The notes: a model not told the origin generated them from the sequence alone. Positions 50,831 through 60,455 are shown, counted from the stretch's first letter. The stretch: DNA of 64,000 bases from Acidobacteriota bacterium (GCA_037442885.1 JBBIPK010000009.1:4249-68248), one strand, 5' to 3'. Program-made: numbers and translations.

Positions 50831-51229
50831 ATGGCGAAGAAGAAGATACGGGTGGTGATTGCCAAGCCTGGGCTCGACGGCCACGACCGCGGCGCCAAGG
50901 TTATCGCCCGTGCTCTGCGCGACGCTGGCATGGAAGTCATCTACACCGGCCTCCGCCAGACCCCCGAGCAAATCGCCAGCGCCGCCCTGCAGGAGGACGT
51001 CGACGTCATCGGCCTCTCGATTCTTTCCGGCGCGCATCTAGTCATCGTCAACCGTCTGATGGAGCTGCTGCGCGAAAACAAGCTTGCCGACGACGTCCTC
51101 GTCCTCGTGGGAGGCATTATTCCGAGTGAGGACATCCCGGTTCTGAAACAGGCCGGCGTCGCCGAAGTCTTCCAGCCGGGCACGCCGACCCAGGCCATCA
51201 TCGAGTTCATCCGCACGCGCGCCAAGTAA
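50831..51229 (+). CDS. icmB: acyl-CoA mutase small subunit (B12-binding domain)
   Basis: From ATG 50831 the sequence reads [29 protein letters not shown]..., with the DxHxxG cobalamin-binding motif, over about 132 aa. The upstream extension in the track ORF overlaps icmA out of frame. Confidence 0.9.
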   Translation: MAKKKIRVVIAKPGLDGHDRGAKVIARALRDAGMEVIYTGLRQTPEQIASAALQEDVDVIGLSILSGAHLVIVNRLMELLRENKLADDVLVLVGGIIPSEDIPVLKQAGVAEVFQPGTPTQAIIEFIRTRAK

Positions 51230-51234
51230 CCGCC

Positions 51235-51870
51235 GTGCCTTCTACCCTCCGCCTGCACCGGGCCGGCCCCATCGCTCGCATCGAACTCCTCCCCCTGGGC
51301 GACTTTCCTCGCCTCTCGACGCCTGCCCTAGCCGAATTGGAAGCCACCTTGCTCGCCCTCTGGCGCGACGCCTCTTGCACCGGTATTGTCATCCACGGCA
51401 ACGACCAGGCTTTCGCCGTCGGCGCCGAGATCGCCGAAGTCATCGCTCTCACTCCTCTCAATGCCCTGCCCTTCGCCCGCCGCGGCCAGCAGCTCTTTGA
51501 CTCGCTGGCCGCCTCGCCCAAACCCATCGTGGCCGCCATCCACGGCTATTGCCTCGGCGGAGGCTTCGACCTGGCGCTCGCCTGCCACCGTCGCCTGGCC
51601 TCCCCGGCGGCCGTCTTCGGCCATCCCAGTAGCTCGCTCGGCCTCGTCACCGGCTGGGGTGCCACGCAGCGCCTGCCGGGACTCGTGGGAAAGAGCCGTG
51701 CCCTGGAACTGCTTCTCTCTTCTGACAGAATCACTGCCGCGCAGGCCCACAGTATCGGACTCGTCGACCTTCTCGTGCCAGCCGAGCAACTCTTGCCCGC
51801 CGCCATCGCGGAAGCCCGGCGGCTCAAGAGCTCCCCGATTCCCTTGACCCCCGACGCCCTCTTGGACTAA
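51235..51870 (+). CDS. crotonase-superfamily protein, short, with a non-canonical active site
   Basis: 211 aa with a GTG start. The oxyanion region is AFAVGAEI...GYCLGGGFDLALAC. FGHPSSSLG replaces the first catalytic Glu, while ALELLLSSDRI keeps the second. Confidence 0.8.
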   Translation: MPSTLRLHRAGPIARIELLPLGDFPRLSTPALAELEATLLALWRDASCTGIVIHGNDQAFAVGAEIAEVIALTPLNALPFARRGQQLFDSLAASPKPIVAAIHGYCLGGGFDLALACHRRLASPAAVFGHPSSSLGLVTGWGATQRLPGLVGKSRALELLLSSDRITAAQAHSIGLVDLLVPAEQLLPAAIAEARRLKSSPIPLTPDALLD

Positions 51871-51885
51871 CTTGGCCTTCCTTTC

Positions 51886-53040
51886 ATGGGGTCCCGCGTC
51901 GCCATCATCGGCCTCGGCTTCACGCCGGCCCGCCCTACTTCATCCCATCAGTCCTACAAGGAGATGATGTTTGAGGCGGCGCAGCGCGCCTACGCTGACG
52001 CCGGCATCGAAGCCGCCGACGTCCAATCCTTCGTCACCTGCGCCGAAGACCTGAACGAAGGTCTAAGCATCTTCGACGAGTACACGCCCGACCAGCTCGG
52101 CGCCATGCTCAAGCCCATGCACACGCTCACCCAGGATGGTCTGCACGGCCTCGCCGACGCCGCCCTGCAGATTCTCTCCGGGCTCTTCGAACTCGTTGTC
52201 GTCGAAGCCCATAGCAAGGCTTCCAACATCGTCGCCCCCGACTGGATCGCCGACTACGCCACCGACCCGGTCCTCAACCGTCCCCTCGGCCTCAACCCGC
52301 ACTACATCGCCGGACTCGAGATGCAGCGCTTCCTCCACGAAAGTGGCGTGAAGCACGAGCAGTGTGCGCACGTCGCCGCCAAAAATCGCCGCCACGCCCT
52401 CCGCAACCCCGCTGCCGCCTACCCGGCACATCTGGAAGCGAAAGACGTGCTGGCTTCCCCGCCTGCCTTCGAGCCGCTGCATGAAAAGGAAATCGCGCGC
52501 ACCGCCGACGGCTGCATCGTCCTGGTGGTAGCTGGTGAAGACCGGGCGCACCGCAGTGCCGCCAAACCTGTTTGGGTGCGCGGCGTGGGCTGGGCCAACG
52601 GCTCCTTCGCCCTCGAATCCCGCAACTGGGCGCACCCGGACTACGTCCGCCGCGCTGCTGAAATCGCCTACCGGCAAGCCGGCATCCACGACCCCGCCCG
52701 CGAAATTCAACTCTTGGAAGTGGACGACACCTACGCCTACAAGGAATTGCAGCACCTCGAAGCCCTGCGCGTCTTCCCGAACGCTGCCGATGCTGCCCGC
52801 GCTACCGAGCGTGGCGAGACGCAGCAGGGCGCGCGGCTGCCCGTGAACGTCTCCGGCGGCGTGCTCGGCATGGGCAACTTGCTTGAAGCCAATGGCCTCG
52901 CGCGCGTCGCCGAACTCGTTCTGCAGCTCCGCGGCCAATCAGGGGCACGCCAAGTCGAAGGCGCGCGCGTCGGCCTCGCCCAATCCTGGCGCGGCGTACC
53001 CACGACCAGCGCCGCCGTCGCAATTCTGGGCCTGGAGTGA
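51886..53040 (+). CDS. thiolase-fold (SCP2-thiolase-like) protein lacking catalytic Cys/His
   Basis: 384 aa. TQDG replaces C[AS]SG, VDDTY replaces HDCF, and NVSGGVLGMGNLLEANG replaces NxSGG..GHPxGAxG. Confidence 0.8.
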   Translation: MGSRVAIIGLGFTPARPTSSHQSYKEMMFEAAQRAYADAGIEAADVQSFVTCAEDLNEGLSIFDEYTPDQLGAMLKPMHTLTQDGLHGLADAALQILSGLFELVVVEAHSKASNIVAPDWIADYATDPVLNRPLGLNPHYIAGLEMQRFLHESGVKHEQCAHVAAKNRRHALRNPAAAYPAHLEAKDVLASPPAFEPLHEKEIARTADGCIVLVVAGEDRAHRSAAKPVWVRGVGWANGSFALESRNWAHPDYVRRAAEIAYRQAGIHDPAREIQLLEVDDTYAYKELQHLEALRVFPNAADAARATERGETQQGARLPVNVSGGVLGMGNLLEANGLARVAELVLQLRGQSGARQVEGARVGLAQSWRGVPTTSAAVAILGLE

Positions 53041-54206
53041 AGATGGGATATCGGAAGGTAGCCATCGTCGGCGCGGGCATGACCAAATTCGTGCGCCGGG
53101 CACTGGAAACTCCGCGCGAGCTTTCTTGGCTCGCCGCCAAAGCCGCCCTCGATTCAGCCGAGATGAAGCTCGACCAGGTTGACTCCGTCGTCTTCGGCTC
53201 CGCCCCCGACGCCTTCGACGGCCTGCACATGAAGGGCGAATTCGTTGCCGATGGCTGCGGCGCTTGGGGCAAGCCCTACCTGCGCTGCTACGTCGGCGGC
53301 GGCACCGGCGTCTATGCCATCGCCCAGGGCTGGCTGCACGTCGCCTCGGGCCTCTTCGATACCTGCCTGGTGGTCTGCGAAGAAAAAATGTCCACCTGCC
53401 AGCCCCACCCCCAAGGCGCCTTCCTCACCATCTTCGACAATTTCACCGAGCAGCCGCTCAAGCCCAACCTCCTCTGGATCTTTGCGCTCGAGCAGAACCG
53501 CTACATGCAGGTGCACGGCATCACCCTCGAGGAAATCGCCCGCGTCTCCGTCAAGAACAAGCGCAACGCCCTCGGCCATCCCTGCGCGCAGCTCGGCGCG
53601 GAACTCACGGTAGAAGATGTGCTCAAGAGCGAAGTGATGGCCTGGCCGGTGCATCGCTTGATGGTGAGCCCCACCAGCGACGGCGCCGCCGCCGTCGTTC
53701 TTGCCGCCGAGCACGTCGCCCGCCGGGTCACCAACAAGCCGGTCTGGATCGAAGGTGTGGGCTGGTGCCTCGACACCGCCTACTGGACCAACCGCGACCT
53801 CTACTACCCCCGCTACGTCGAGCGCGCCGCCCGCATGGCCTACGAGATGGCCGGCATCCGCGAGCCGCGCAAGGAAATCAACATCGCCGAGCCGTACGAC
53901 CCCTTCGCCTACAAAGAACTTCACCACCTCGAAGGCCTGCAACTCGCCCCCAAAGGTCAGGCGGCCAAGTTGCTCGCCGACGGCGTCTTCGACCGCGACG
54001 GTGACCTGCCCGCCACCCCTTCGGGCGGACTGCTCGGCGTCGGCAATCCCATCGCCGCTGCCGGCACGATGAAGATTTGCGAGCTGTTCTGGCAACTGCG
54101 CGGTGAGGCGGGCGCGCGCCAGGTCCCCGGCAAGCCCCGCCGCGGCGTGGCGCAGGCTTGGGGCGACTTGATGCAAGTCGGAACGGTTGTGGTGGTGGGA
54201 GTCTAG
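53037..54206 (+). CDS. thiolase-fold (SCP2-thiolase-like) protein lacking catalytic Cys/His, paralogue of the preceding gene
   Basis: 389 aa. The start is GTG 53037 (GTGA overlap) or ATG 53043 (GGAG 5 nt upstream). VGGGTG sits at the nucleophile position, PYDPF replaces HDCF, and TPSGGLLGVGNPIAAAG has His->Asn. Confidence 0.8.
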   Translation: MKMGYRKVAIVGAGMTKFVRRALETPRELSWLAAKAALDSAEMKLDQVDSVVFGSAPDAFDGLHMKGEFVADGCGAWGKPYLRCYVGGGTGVYAIAQGWLHVASGLFDTCLVVCEEKMSTCQPHPQGAFLTIFDNFTEQPLKPNLLWIFALEQNRYMQVHGITLEEIARVSVKNKRNALGHPCAQLGAELTVEDVLKSEVMAWPVHRLMVSPTSDGAAAVVLAAEHVARRVTNKPVWIEGVGWCLDTAYWTNRDLYYPRYVERAARMAYEMAGIREPRKEINIAEPYDPFAYKELHHLEGLQLAPKGQAAKLLADGVFDRDGDLPATPSGGLLGVGNPIAAAGTMKICELFWQLRGEAGARQVPGKPRRGVAQAWGDLMQVGTVVVVGV

Positions 54207-54758
54207 ATGGAAGGCCAGCCGAAAAATCCGCGCGGCACTTCGCTCTCGAGCGACGACATCAAGCGCGGGCGAACCTTCCTCCTCCCCTACACGCCGCGGC
54301 TTGAGTACGCCTGGGACTGCGGCGAAGCCATCACGCGCTATCTCGAGGAACTTAAGAATGGGCGGCTCGTCGCCCGCACCTGCCATCGCTGCCAGCGCAC
54401 CCTGCTCCCTCCGCGCATGTTCTGCGAAGTCTGCTTCCGGCCGACGGATGACTGGGTGTTCGTAAAAGATACCGGCACGGTGAACACCTTCTCGCTTTGC
54501 TACGTCACCTGGGACGTCCGGAAGCTACGCAAACCCGAGATTCCCGCCGTCATCGAGATGGACGGTGCCTCGCCCGGCATGGGCATCATGCACCTGCTGG
54601 GTGGCGTGGACCCGAAAAAAGTTCGCGTCGGCATGCGCGTGCGGGCAGTCTGGAAGCCCCCGACCGAGCGCACCGGCAGCATCACCGACATCCTCTACTT
54701 CGCGCCGCTCAAAGGCAACGGGACCGCGGCACGGCGGAAGCGGAAGGGGAAGCGATGA
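54207..54758 (+). CDS. DUF35 zinc-ribbon/OB-fold acyl-CoA-associated protein
   Basis: 183 aa. CHRC...CEVC ribbon followed by an OB-fold region. The ATG abuts the upstream TAG. Confidence 0.8.
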   Translation: MEGQPKNPRGTSLSSDDIKRGRTFLLPYTPRLEYAWDCGEAITRYLEELKNGRLVARTCHRCQRTLLPPRMFCEVCFRPTDDWVFVKDTGTVNTFSLCYVTWDVRKLRKPEIPAVIEMDGASPGMGIMHLLGGVDPKKVRVGMRVRAVWKPPTERTGSITDILYFAPLKGNGTAARRKRKGKR

Positions 54759-55207
54759 GCAACTCGGCTGAAGCACCGCGTACTTGGCGGGGCAACATCC
54801 CGGTGACCTCGCTCTACACCGCCGGCGTCGGCGGCACGCTCTTTTTCCGCGCGCTGAAGGAACGGGGAGAGCTTCTCGCCTCGCCCTGCCCCGCATGTAA
54901 GGTTTCCTATTTCCCGGCGCAACAGTTTTGCCCCCACTGCTTGGCTGAACTGACAGAGACGAAACCGGTCCCGCCGGATGGAGAAGTCTCGAGCTTCACC
55001 CGTGTGCATCTCGACCGCGATGGCGCGCGGCTGCCCGTGCCGGTTACGGTTGTCGCCGCAAAGCTCGACGGCACCGACACCGTCCTTGTCCATTACTGGC
55101 TGGGCAAGGAACCGCCACGCATCGGCACCCGCACGCGCGTGCGCATCAAACCCAAGGCGAAACGCGTCGGCTCCATCCTCGACATCGAAGGATTTGTGCC
55201 AGCCTGA
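54755..55207 (+). CDS. DUF35 zinc-ribbon/OB-fold acyl-CoA-associated protein (second copy)
   Basis: From ATG 54755 (ATGA overlap): MSNSAEAPRTW...CPAC...CPHC followed by an OB-fold, about 150 aa. Confidence 0.8.
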   Translation: MSNSAEAPRTWRGNIPVTSLYTAGVGGTLFFRALKERGELLASPCPACKVSYFPAQQFCPHCLAELTETKPVPPDGEVSSFTRVHLDRDGARLPVPVTVVAAKLDGTDTVLVHYWLGKEPPRIGTRTRVRIKPKAKRVGSILDIEGFVPA

Positions 55208-55239
55208 GCTGGAACGAACTGCGCAGATTTGAGGAGGGC

Positions 55240-58200
55240 GTGATGACTCGACTCCGTCTTTATCCCATCCTTCTGGTCGCAGCGTTCCTGCTGCCGGCCG
55301 CTATCCGACCCATGCCGGCGGCGGAGGAACCTGCGACGCCCGTCGAGGAGAAGAAAGAAGAGGCCAAGAAGGAAGAGCCCAAGCGGCCCGAACTCGGCCC
55401 CCTGCGTAAGATTGAGTTCACCACCGACGAAGGCACTTGGATGTCGGTGGACATCTCGCCCGATGGCAAGACCATTGTCTTCGACCTGCTCGGCGACATC
55501 TACACGATGCCGGCCACCGGCGGCGAGGCCCGCCGCATCCACGCCGGCACCGCCTTCGACCATCAGCCGCGCTTCTCCCCCGATGGCAAGCGCATCGCCT
55601 TCATCAGCGACCGCGACGGCAACGAGAACCTCTGGATCTCGGACGCCGACGGCTCCAATCCCAAGCAGCTCACCAAAGAAAAAGATTTCTACCTCGGCTC
55701 GCCCACCTGGACCCCGGATGGCCGCTACTTGGTCGTGCGCAAACAGGACACCAAACCCGCCGGCATCCCGCCCGTCGAACTCTGGCTCTACCACGTCGAA
55801 GGCGGCACGGGTGTGCAACTGGTCAAGAAAGACCAGTACCACACCGTCAGCGGCGCCACCGTGCATCCCGCCGGCCGCTACATTTTCTTCTCTGCCCGCC
55901 GCCCCTCGTTTTCCTATTTGCCGGATATGAGCAGTGGCCTCTGGCACCTCTATCGCCTCGACCGCGAGAACGGCGAGATTACCCGGATGACGACCGGCTA
56001 CGGCGGCGGCATCCGGCCCCTCGTTTCCCCCGACGGTAACTGGCTGGCCTACGCCCGCCGCGTGGATGCGGCGACCACCCTGCGCCTGCGCGACCTCCGC
56101 ACCGGCGCCGAACGCGTCCTCGCCCGCGCCATCACCCGCGATGAGCAGGAAGGCTTCGCCGAGCAGGACGTCTTCCCCGGCTACGCCTTCACGCCCGATG
56201 GCTCCGCCATCCTCCTCTGCAATGGGGGAAAGATTCAGCGCATTGATGTGGCCAGTGGGAAAGCCGACGTGATTCCCTTCACCGCCAAAGTCGAACAGGA
56301 GGTGGCGGAACAAGTCTATCCGCCGCTGCGGGTCGAGGAAGGTGAGCTGCGCGTCCGCATCATTCGCTGGCCCACGCTCTCCCCCGACGGCCGGACGCTG
56401 GCCTTTTCCGCGCTCGGCAAACTCTGGGCCATGACCCTGCCGAATGGAAAACCCCAGCGGCTCACCACCGACGTCCACCGCGAGTACGCGCCCGCCTTCT
56501 CGCCCGATGGACGCTGGATTGCCTACGTCTCCTGGTCGGACGAAGAGGGCGGCCACGTCTGGAAAGTGCCTGCCACCGGGGGCAGCCCACAGCGCTTGAC
56601 CCTACGTCCGGCGCGTTATACCAATCCCGCCTGGTCGCGCCAGGGCGACCGCCTCGCCGTCATCATGGGCAGTGGCGCCGAATTCCGCGGCCAGCAGCCT
56701 GAAGACGACCCCTACCTCGAAGTCCGCTGGCTGCCGGCCTCCGGCGGCGAAACTCACCTGGTCATGCCCATTCGCCCGAGCAACGGCTTGCGCTACTTCC
56801 CCGCCCTCACCTTCAGCCGAGATGGCGAACGTCTCTACTTCACCCAACCGGCTCCACCCCCCAAGCCCGATGACCCGCCCAAGACCGACCTCATCTCGGT
56901 CAAACTCGACGGGACAGACAAGAAGTCGCTGCTGCGCTTCAGCCCGCAGGATGAGGTCGTTCCCTCCCCCGATGAAACCCAGGCCGCCTTCGTCAGTGGC
57001 GACAACGTCTTTGTGGTCCCGCTGCCGGGCGTTCAGTTCCAAACCGTGGACATCGCCCTCGAGAAGGGCGCGCTGCCGGTCAAACGCCTGACCACGGAGG
57101 GCGGCGGCTTCGTCGCCTGGGCCGACAACCAGACCCTCACCTGGGGCTTCACCAACAAGTTCTTCCGCCAGCGGCTTGATCAGGAAAAGCCGGAGACGTT
57201 TGAGATTGACCTGCGCGTGCCGCGCGCCCGGCCTACCGGCAAGCTCGTGCTCCGCAACGCCAAGCTCGTCACCATGAAGGGCGAGGAAATCATCCCGCGC
57301 GGCGACATCGTGATCGAGGACAACCGCATCACCGCCGTCGGCCCGAGCGGCAAAGTCACCCTGCCGAAGGACGCCGCCACCTACGACCTGCGCGGCAAAA
57401 CCATCATCCCGGGCCTCGTCGACACGCACGCGCACATGCACTATTCCGCCTTCGAAATCTTTCCGGAGAAGAAGTGGCAGTATGTGGCCAACCTCGCCTA
57501 CGGCGTGACCACAACCCGCGATGTGTCGGCCCCCAGCCTCGACGTTTTCGGGCAGGGCGAAATGGTGGAGACGGGCGACCTCCTGGGCCCACGGATTCAT
57601 TCCACCGGCCACGTCATCTACGGCGGCAACCGCATCGCCCAGTTCACCCCCATCAACAGCATCGAAGACGCCCGGCGCGTCGTCCGCCGCTACAAAGCCT
57701 ACGGCGCTACCTCGCTCAAGGAATACCAGCAGATGCGGCGCGAATCCCGCCAATGGCTGGCCCAGGCCGCGCGCGAGGAAAAAATCTTCCTCACTGCCGA
57801 AGGTGGCGGCGACCTCAAGCTCGACCTCACCTTCGCCATTGATGGCTACAGTGGCTTCGAGCACTCCCTGCCCATCACGCCGCTCTACCGCGACACGACC
57901 GAGTTCGTCGCCCAGACGAAGATCTACTACACCCCTACGCTCATCGTCTCCTACGGCGGCCCCACCGCCGAGCACTGGTTCTACAACAAGGCCAACCCCC
58001 ATGACGACGCCAAGCTCCGCCGTTTCACCCCGCACGGCGAGCTTGACCCGCTCGGCCGCCGCCGCATTACCTATCCCGACGACGAATACAACTTCCCCGC
58101 CGTGTCTCGCGGCGCCACCGACATTGCCCGCCGCGGCGGCAACGTCTGCCTGGGCGCACACGGGCAAGTCCAGGGTCTGGGCGCGCACTGGGAGCTCTGG

Positions 58201-58479
58201 GCGCTGGAGATGGGCGGAATGACCGCGCACGAGGCGCTCCGCAGCGCCACCCTCCGCGGTGCCGAGGCCATGGGCCTCGCGCAAAACTTGGGCTCCATCG
58301 AAGTTGGCAAGCTCGCTGACCTGATCGTGCTCAACTCCGATCCGCTCGCCAACCTCCGCACCTCCACCGACATCGCCTACGTCCTCATCAACGGTAACCT
58401 CTACGACGCCACCACGATGGACCAGCTCTGGCCGGTGAAGAAGCCGCTGGGCAAATTCTTCTGGCAGAAAGACGAGTAG
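55240..58479 (+). CDS. secreted PD40/TolB-like beta-propeller plus amidohydrolase fusion protein
   Basis: 1079 aa with a signal peptide and a KE-rich linker. PD40 repeats are present (ISPDGKTIVF, FSPDGKRIAF, WTPDGRY, VSPDGNWLAY, FSPDGRWIAY). The C-terminal amidohydrolase domain has PGLVDTHAHMH and ADLIVLNSDP. The start is GTG 55240 or ATG 55243. Confidence 0.85.
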   Translation: MMTRLRLYPILLVAAFLLPAAIRPMPAAEEPATPVEEKKEEAKKEEPKRPELGPLRKIEFTTDEGTWMSVDISPDGKTIVFDLLGDIYTMPATGGEARRIHAGTAFDHQPRFSPDGKRIAFISDRDGNENLWISDADGSNPKQLTKEKDFYLGSPTWTPDGRYLVVRKQDTKPAGIPPVELWLYHVEGGTGVQLVKKDQYHTVSGATVHPAGRYIFFSARRPSFSYLPDMSSGLWHLYRLDRENGEITRMTTGYGGGIRPLVSPDGNWLAYARRVDAATTLRLRDLRTGAERVLARAITRDEQEGFAEQDVFPGYAFTPDGSAILLCNGGKIQRIDVASGKADVIPFTAKVEQEVAEQVYPPLRVEEGELRVRIIRWPTLSPDGRTLAFSALGKLWAMTLPNGKPQRLTTDVHREYAPAFSPDGRWIAYVSWSDEEGGHVWKVPATGGSPQRLTLRPARYTNPAWSRQGDRLAVIMGSGAEFRGQQPEDDPYLEVRWLPASGGETHLVMPIRPSNGLRYFPALTFSRDGERLYFTQPAPPPKPDDPPKTDLISVKLDGTDKKSLLRFSPQDEVVPSPDETQAAFVSGDNVFVVPLPGVQFQTVDIALEKGALPVKRLTTEGGGFVAWADNQTLTWGFTNKFFRQRLDQEKPETFEIDLRVPRARPTGKLVLRNAKLVTMKGEEIIPRGDIVIEDNRITAVGPSGKVTLPKDAATYDLRGKTIIPGLVDTHAHMHYSAFEIFPEKKWQYVANLAYGVTTTRDVSAPSLDVFGQGEMVETGDLLGPRIHSTGHVIYGGNRIAQFTPINSIEDARRVVRRYKAYGATSLKEYQQMRRESRQWLAQAAREEKIFLTAEGGGDLKLDLTFAIDGYSGFEHSLPITPLYRDTTEFVAQTKIYYTPTLIVSYGGPTAEHWFYNKANPHDDAKLRRFTPHGELDPLGRRRITYPDDEYNFPAVSRGATDIARRGGNVCLGAHGQVQGLGAHWELWALEMGGMTAHEALRSATLRGAEAMGLAQNLGSIEVGKLADLIVLNSDPLANLRTSTDIAYVLINGNLYDATTMDQLWPVKKPLGKFFWQKDE

Positions 58480-58489
58480 ACGCAGCCGC

Positions 58490-58897
58490 ATGCCCACCCC
58501 CGTCGAGACCACCCTGCGCGTGCGCTACGCCGAGACCGACCGCATGGGCGTCGCCTACTACGCCAATCACTTCGTCTGGTTCGAGGTGGGTCGGGTAGAA
58601 TGGTTCCGCCAGCACGGCTTCGTCTACAAGGAAATGGAAGAGCAGGATGGCGCCTACATCATCGTGGCCGAGGCGCGCTGCAGCTACAAAGCCCCCGTCC
58701 GCTACGATGACCTGATCATTATTCGCACCTGGTTGCAGGAAGCGCGCACGCGGACCCTGGTATTTGCCTACGAGATTCTCCGCCAGCTCGACCGCGCGCT
58801 GCTCGCCACCGGCGAAACCACCCACGTCATCACCGACCGCGACGGCCGCCCCCGCACGCTGCCCGACCGCTACCGCGCCCTCTTCAGCCTCACATGA
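58490..58897 (+). CDS. 4HBT/YbgC-family acyl-CoA thioesterase
   Basis: 135 aa. VRYAETDRMGVAYYANHFVWFEVGRVEWFR is a hotdog-fold YbgC/FadM signature. Confidence 0.85.
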   Translation: MPTPVETTLRVRYAETDRMGVAYYANHFVWFEVGRVEWFRQHGFVYKEMEEQDGAYIIVAEARCSYKAPVRYDDLIIIRTWLQEARTRTLVFAYEILRQLDRALLATGETTHVITDRDGRPRTLPDRYRALFSLT

Positions 58898-60438
58898 GGA
58901 AAGCAATGACCGTTGAGTTGACCGGAAGCAGCCTTACAGTTGAACAGTTTCGGGCTGTCGTCTTTGACGGAGCCGCGTGCCGCCTAGGCGCCCGCGCCCG
59001 CCGCGCGGTGGAGCGCTCGCGCCGCACCATCGAACAGTTCGTCGCCCACGATGCCGTCGTCTACGGCGTGACGACGGGCTTCGGGGAACTGGCTAGCGTC
59101 AAAATCTCTCGCAATCAACTCCGCGACCTGCAGCTCAACCTCCTGCGCAGCCACGCCGCCGGCATGGGCGAGCCCCTGACCGAGGCCGAAACGCGCGCCA
59201 CGCTGCTCCTCCGCGCCAATGTGCTGGCCAAGGGATACTCCGGGGTGCGACCGGCCGTCATTGACCTGCTTTGCGAGCTGCTGAACCGCTGCGTGCATCC
59301 CGTCATCCCCGCGCGCGGCTCGGTAGGAGCGAGCGGCGACCTGGCGCCGCTCTCGCATCTCGCGCTGGTGCTCGTGGGCGAGGGCGAGGCTATCGTCGAA
59401 GGCACCCGCCTGCCGGGTGCCAAGGCGCTCGCACAATCCGGCCTGAAGCCCCTGCGCCCGGAAGCCAAGGAAGGCCTCGCGCTCATCAACGGCACACAAC
59501 CTTCCCTGGCGGTCGGATTGCTCACCCTGCTCGATGCCGAAACCCTCGCCGACACCGCCGACGTGGCTGCCGCCTTGACCCTTGATGCCCTGCGCGGCAC
59601 GCCCACCGCCTTTGACGCCCGCATCCACGACTTGCGTCCCTTTCCCGGACAGAAAAAGAGCGCGCGCAACCTCTTGCGGTTGAATCAGGGAAGCGAAATC
59701 CGCGAGTCGCACCGTTCGCCGGCCAAGGACCCCCGTGTGCAGGACGCCTACAGCCTGCGCTGCACCCCCCAGGTGCACGGAACGGTGCGCGATGCGCTGG
59801 CCCACGCCCGCCGCGTGCTCACCATCGAGATGAACAGCGGCACCGACAATCCGCTGGTCTTCGGCAAAGAAGTTCTCTCCGGCGGCAACTTCCACGGCCA
59901 GCCGGTGTCGCTGGCGATGGATCTGGTGGCCATCGCGCTGGCCCAGTTGGGCGGCATCAGCGAGCGGCGTGTCGAGCGGCTCGTCAATCCCGCGCTCAGC
60001 GGCCTGCCGGCATTTCTCACCAAGCAGGCCGGGTTGAATTCCGGCTTCATGATGGCGCAGGTGACCGCAGCGGCGTTGGCGTCCGAGAACAAAGCCCTGG
60101 CGCACCCGGCTTCGGTGGACTCCATCCCGACTTCGGGACAGGAAGACTTCGTCAGCATGAGTATGGGCGCGGCCTTGAAGGCACGGCAGGTGGCCGATAA
60201 CGTCAAGACCATTCTGGCGGTGGAGTTGCTCTGCGCCTGTCAAGGGATTGACTTGCTCGCCCCGCTGAAGACCGGCCGCCTGGCTCAGCGCGCTGTGCAA
60301 GCCGTACGCCGCACGGTCCCCAAACTCGACGCCGACCGCCCCCTCACCCCCGACATCGAGGCTGCCCGCCAGCTCATCTCCGCGCGAACTTTTCAGAAAC
60401 TCGTCTCCCGCTCCAATCAAGTAGTCAGCAGTAAGTAG
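58894..60438 (+). CDS. hutH: histidine ammonia-lyase (MIO enzyme)
   Basis: Contains the MIO triad in GSVGASGDLAPLSHLA. NLLRSHAAG carries the Ser-His selectivity pair of HALs, not the FL/HL pair of PAL/TAL. ATG 58894 overlaps the upstream stop (ATGA); ATG 58906 has a GAGGA SD. Confidence 0.92.
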   Translation: MRKAMTVELTGSSLTVEQFRAVVFDGAACRLGARARRAVERSRRTIEQFVAHDAVVYGVTTGFGELASVKISRNQLRDLQLNLLRSHAAGMGEPLTEAETRATLLLRANVLAKGYSGVRPAVIDLLCELLNRCVHPVIPARGSVGASGDLAPLSHLALVLVGEGEAIVEGTRLPGAKALAQSGLKPLRPEAKEGLALINGTQPSLAVGLLTLLDAETLADTADVAAALTLDALRGTPTAFDARIHDLRPFPGQKKSARNLLRLNQGSEIRESHRSPAKDPRVQDAYSLRCTPQVHGTVRDALAHARRVLTIEMNSGTDNPLVFGKEVLSGGNFHGQPVSLAMDLVAIALAQLGGISERRVERLVNPALSGLPAFLTKQAGLNSGFMMAQVTAAALASENKALAHPASVDSIPTSGQEDFVSMSMGAALKARQVADNVKTILAVELLCACQGIDLLAPLKTGRLAQRAVQAVRRTVPKLDADRPLTPDIEAARQLISARTFQKLVSRSNQVVSSK

Positions 60439-60455
60439 TCGGTTGTCAGAGCCGG

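Noticed and set aside
53154-54386. 410-aa minus-strand ORF opposite the second thiolase-fold gene. Similar long antisense ORFs occur at 33722..34576, 47206..48099, 1349..2671 and 5112..6113.
   Set aside because: All are mirror-frame ORFs of confidently identified genes in GC-rich sequence, and none shows a family motif.
55093-58512. Minus-strand ORFs of 487 aa (55093..56556) and 636 aa (56602..58512).
   Set aside because: Both are antisense to the PD40-amidohydrolase gene, which has clear repeats and metal motifs. The antisense translations are G/A/V/R-rich with no domains.
58894-60438. The MIO enzyme as a phenylalanine or tyrosine ammonia-lyase or aminomutase.
   Set aside because: The selectivity pair is Ser-His (NLLRSHAAG), as in histidine ammonia-lyases, and the whole sequence tracks Pseudomonas HutH closely by eye.
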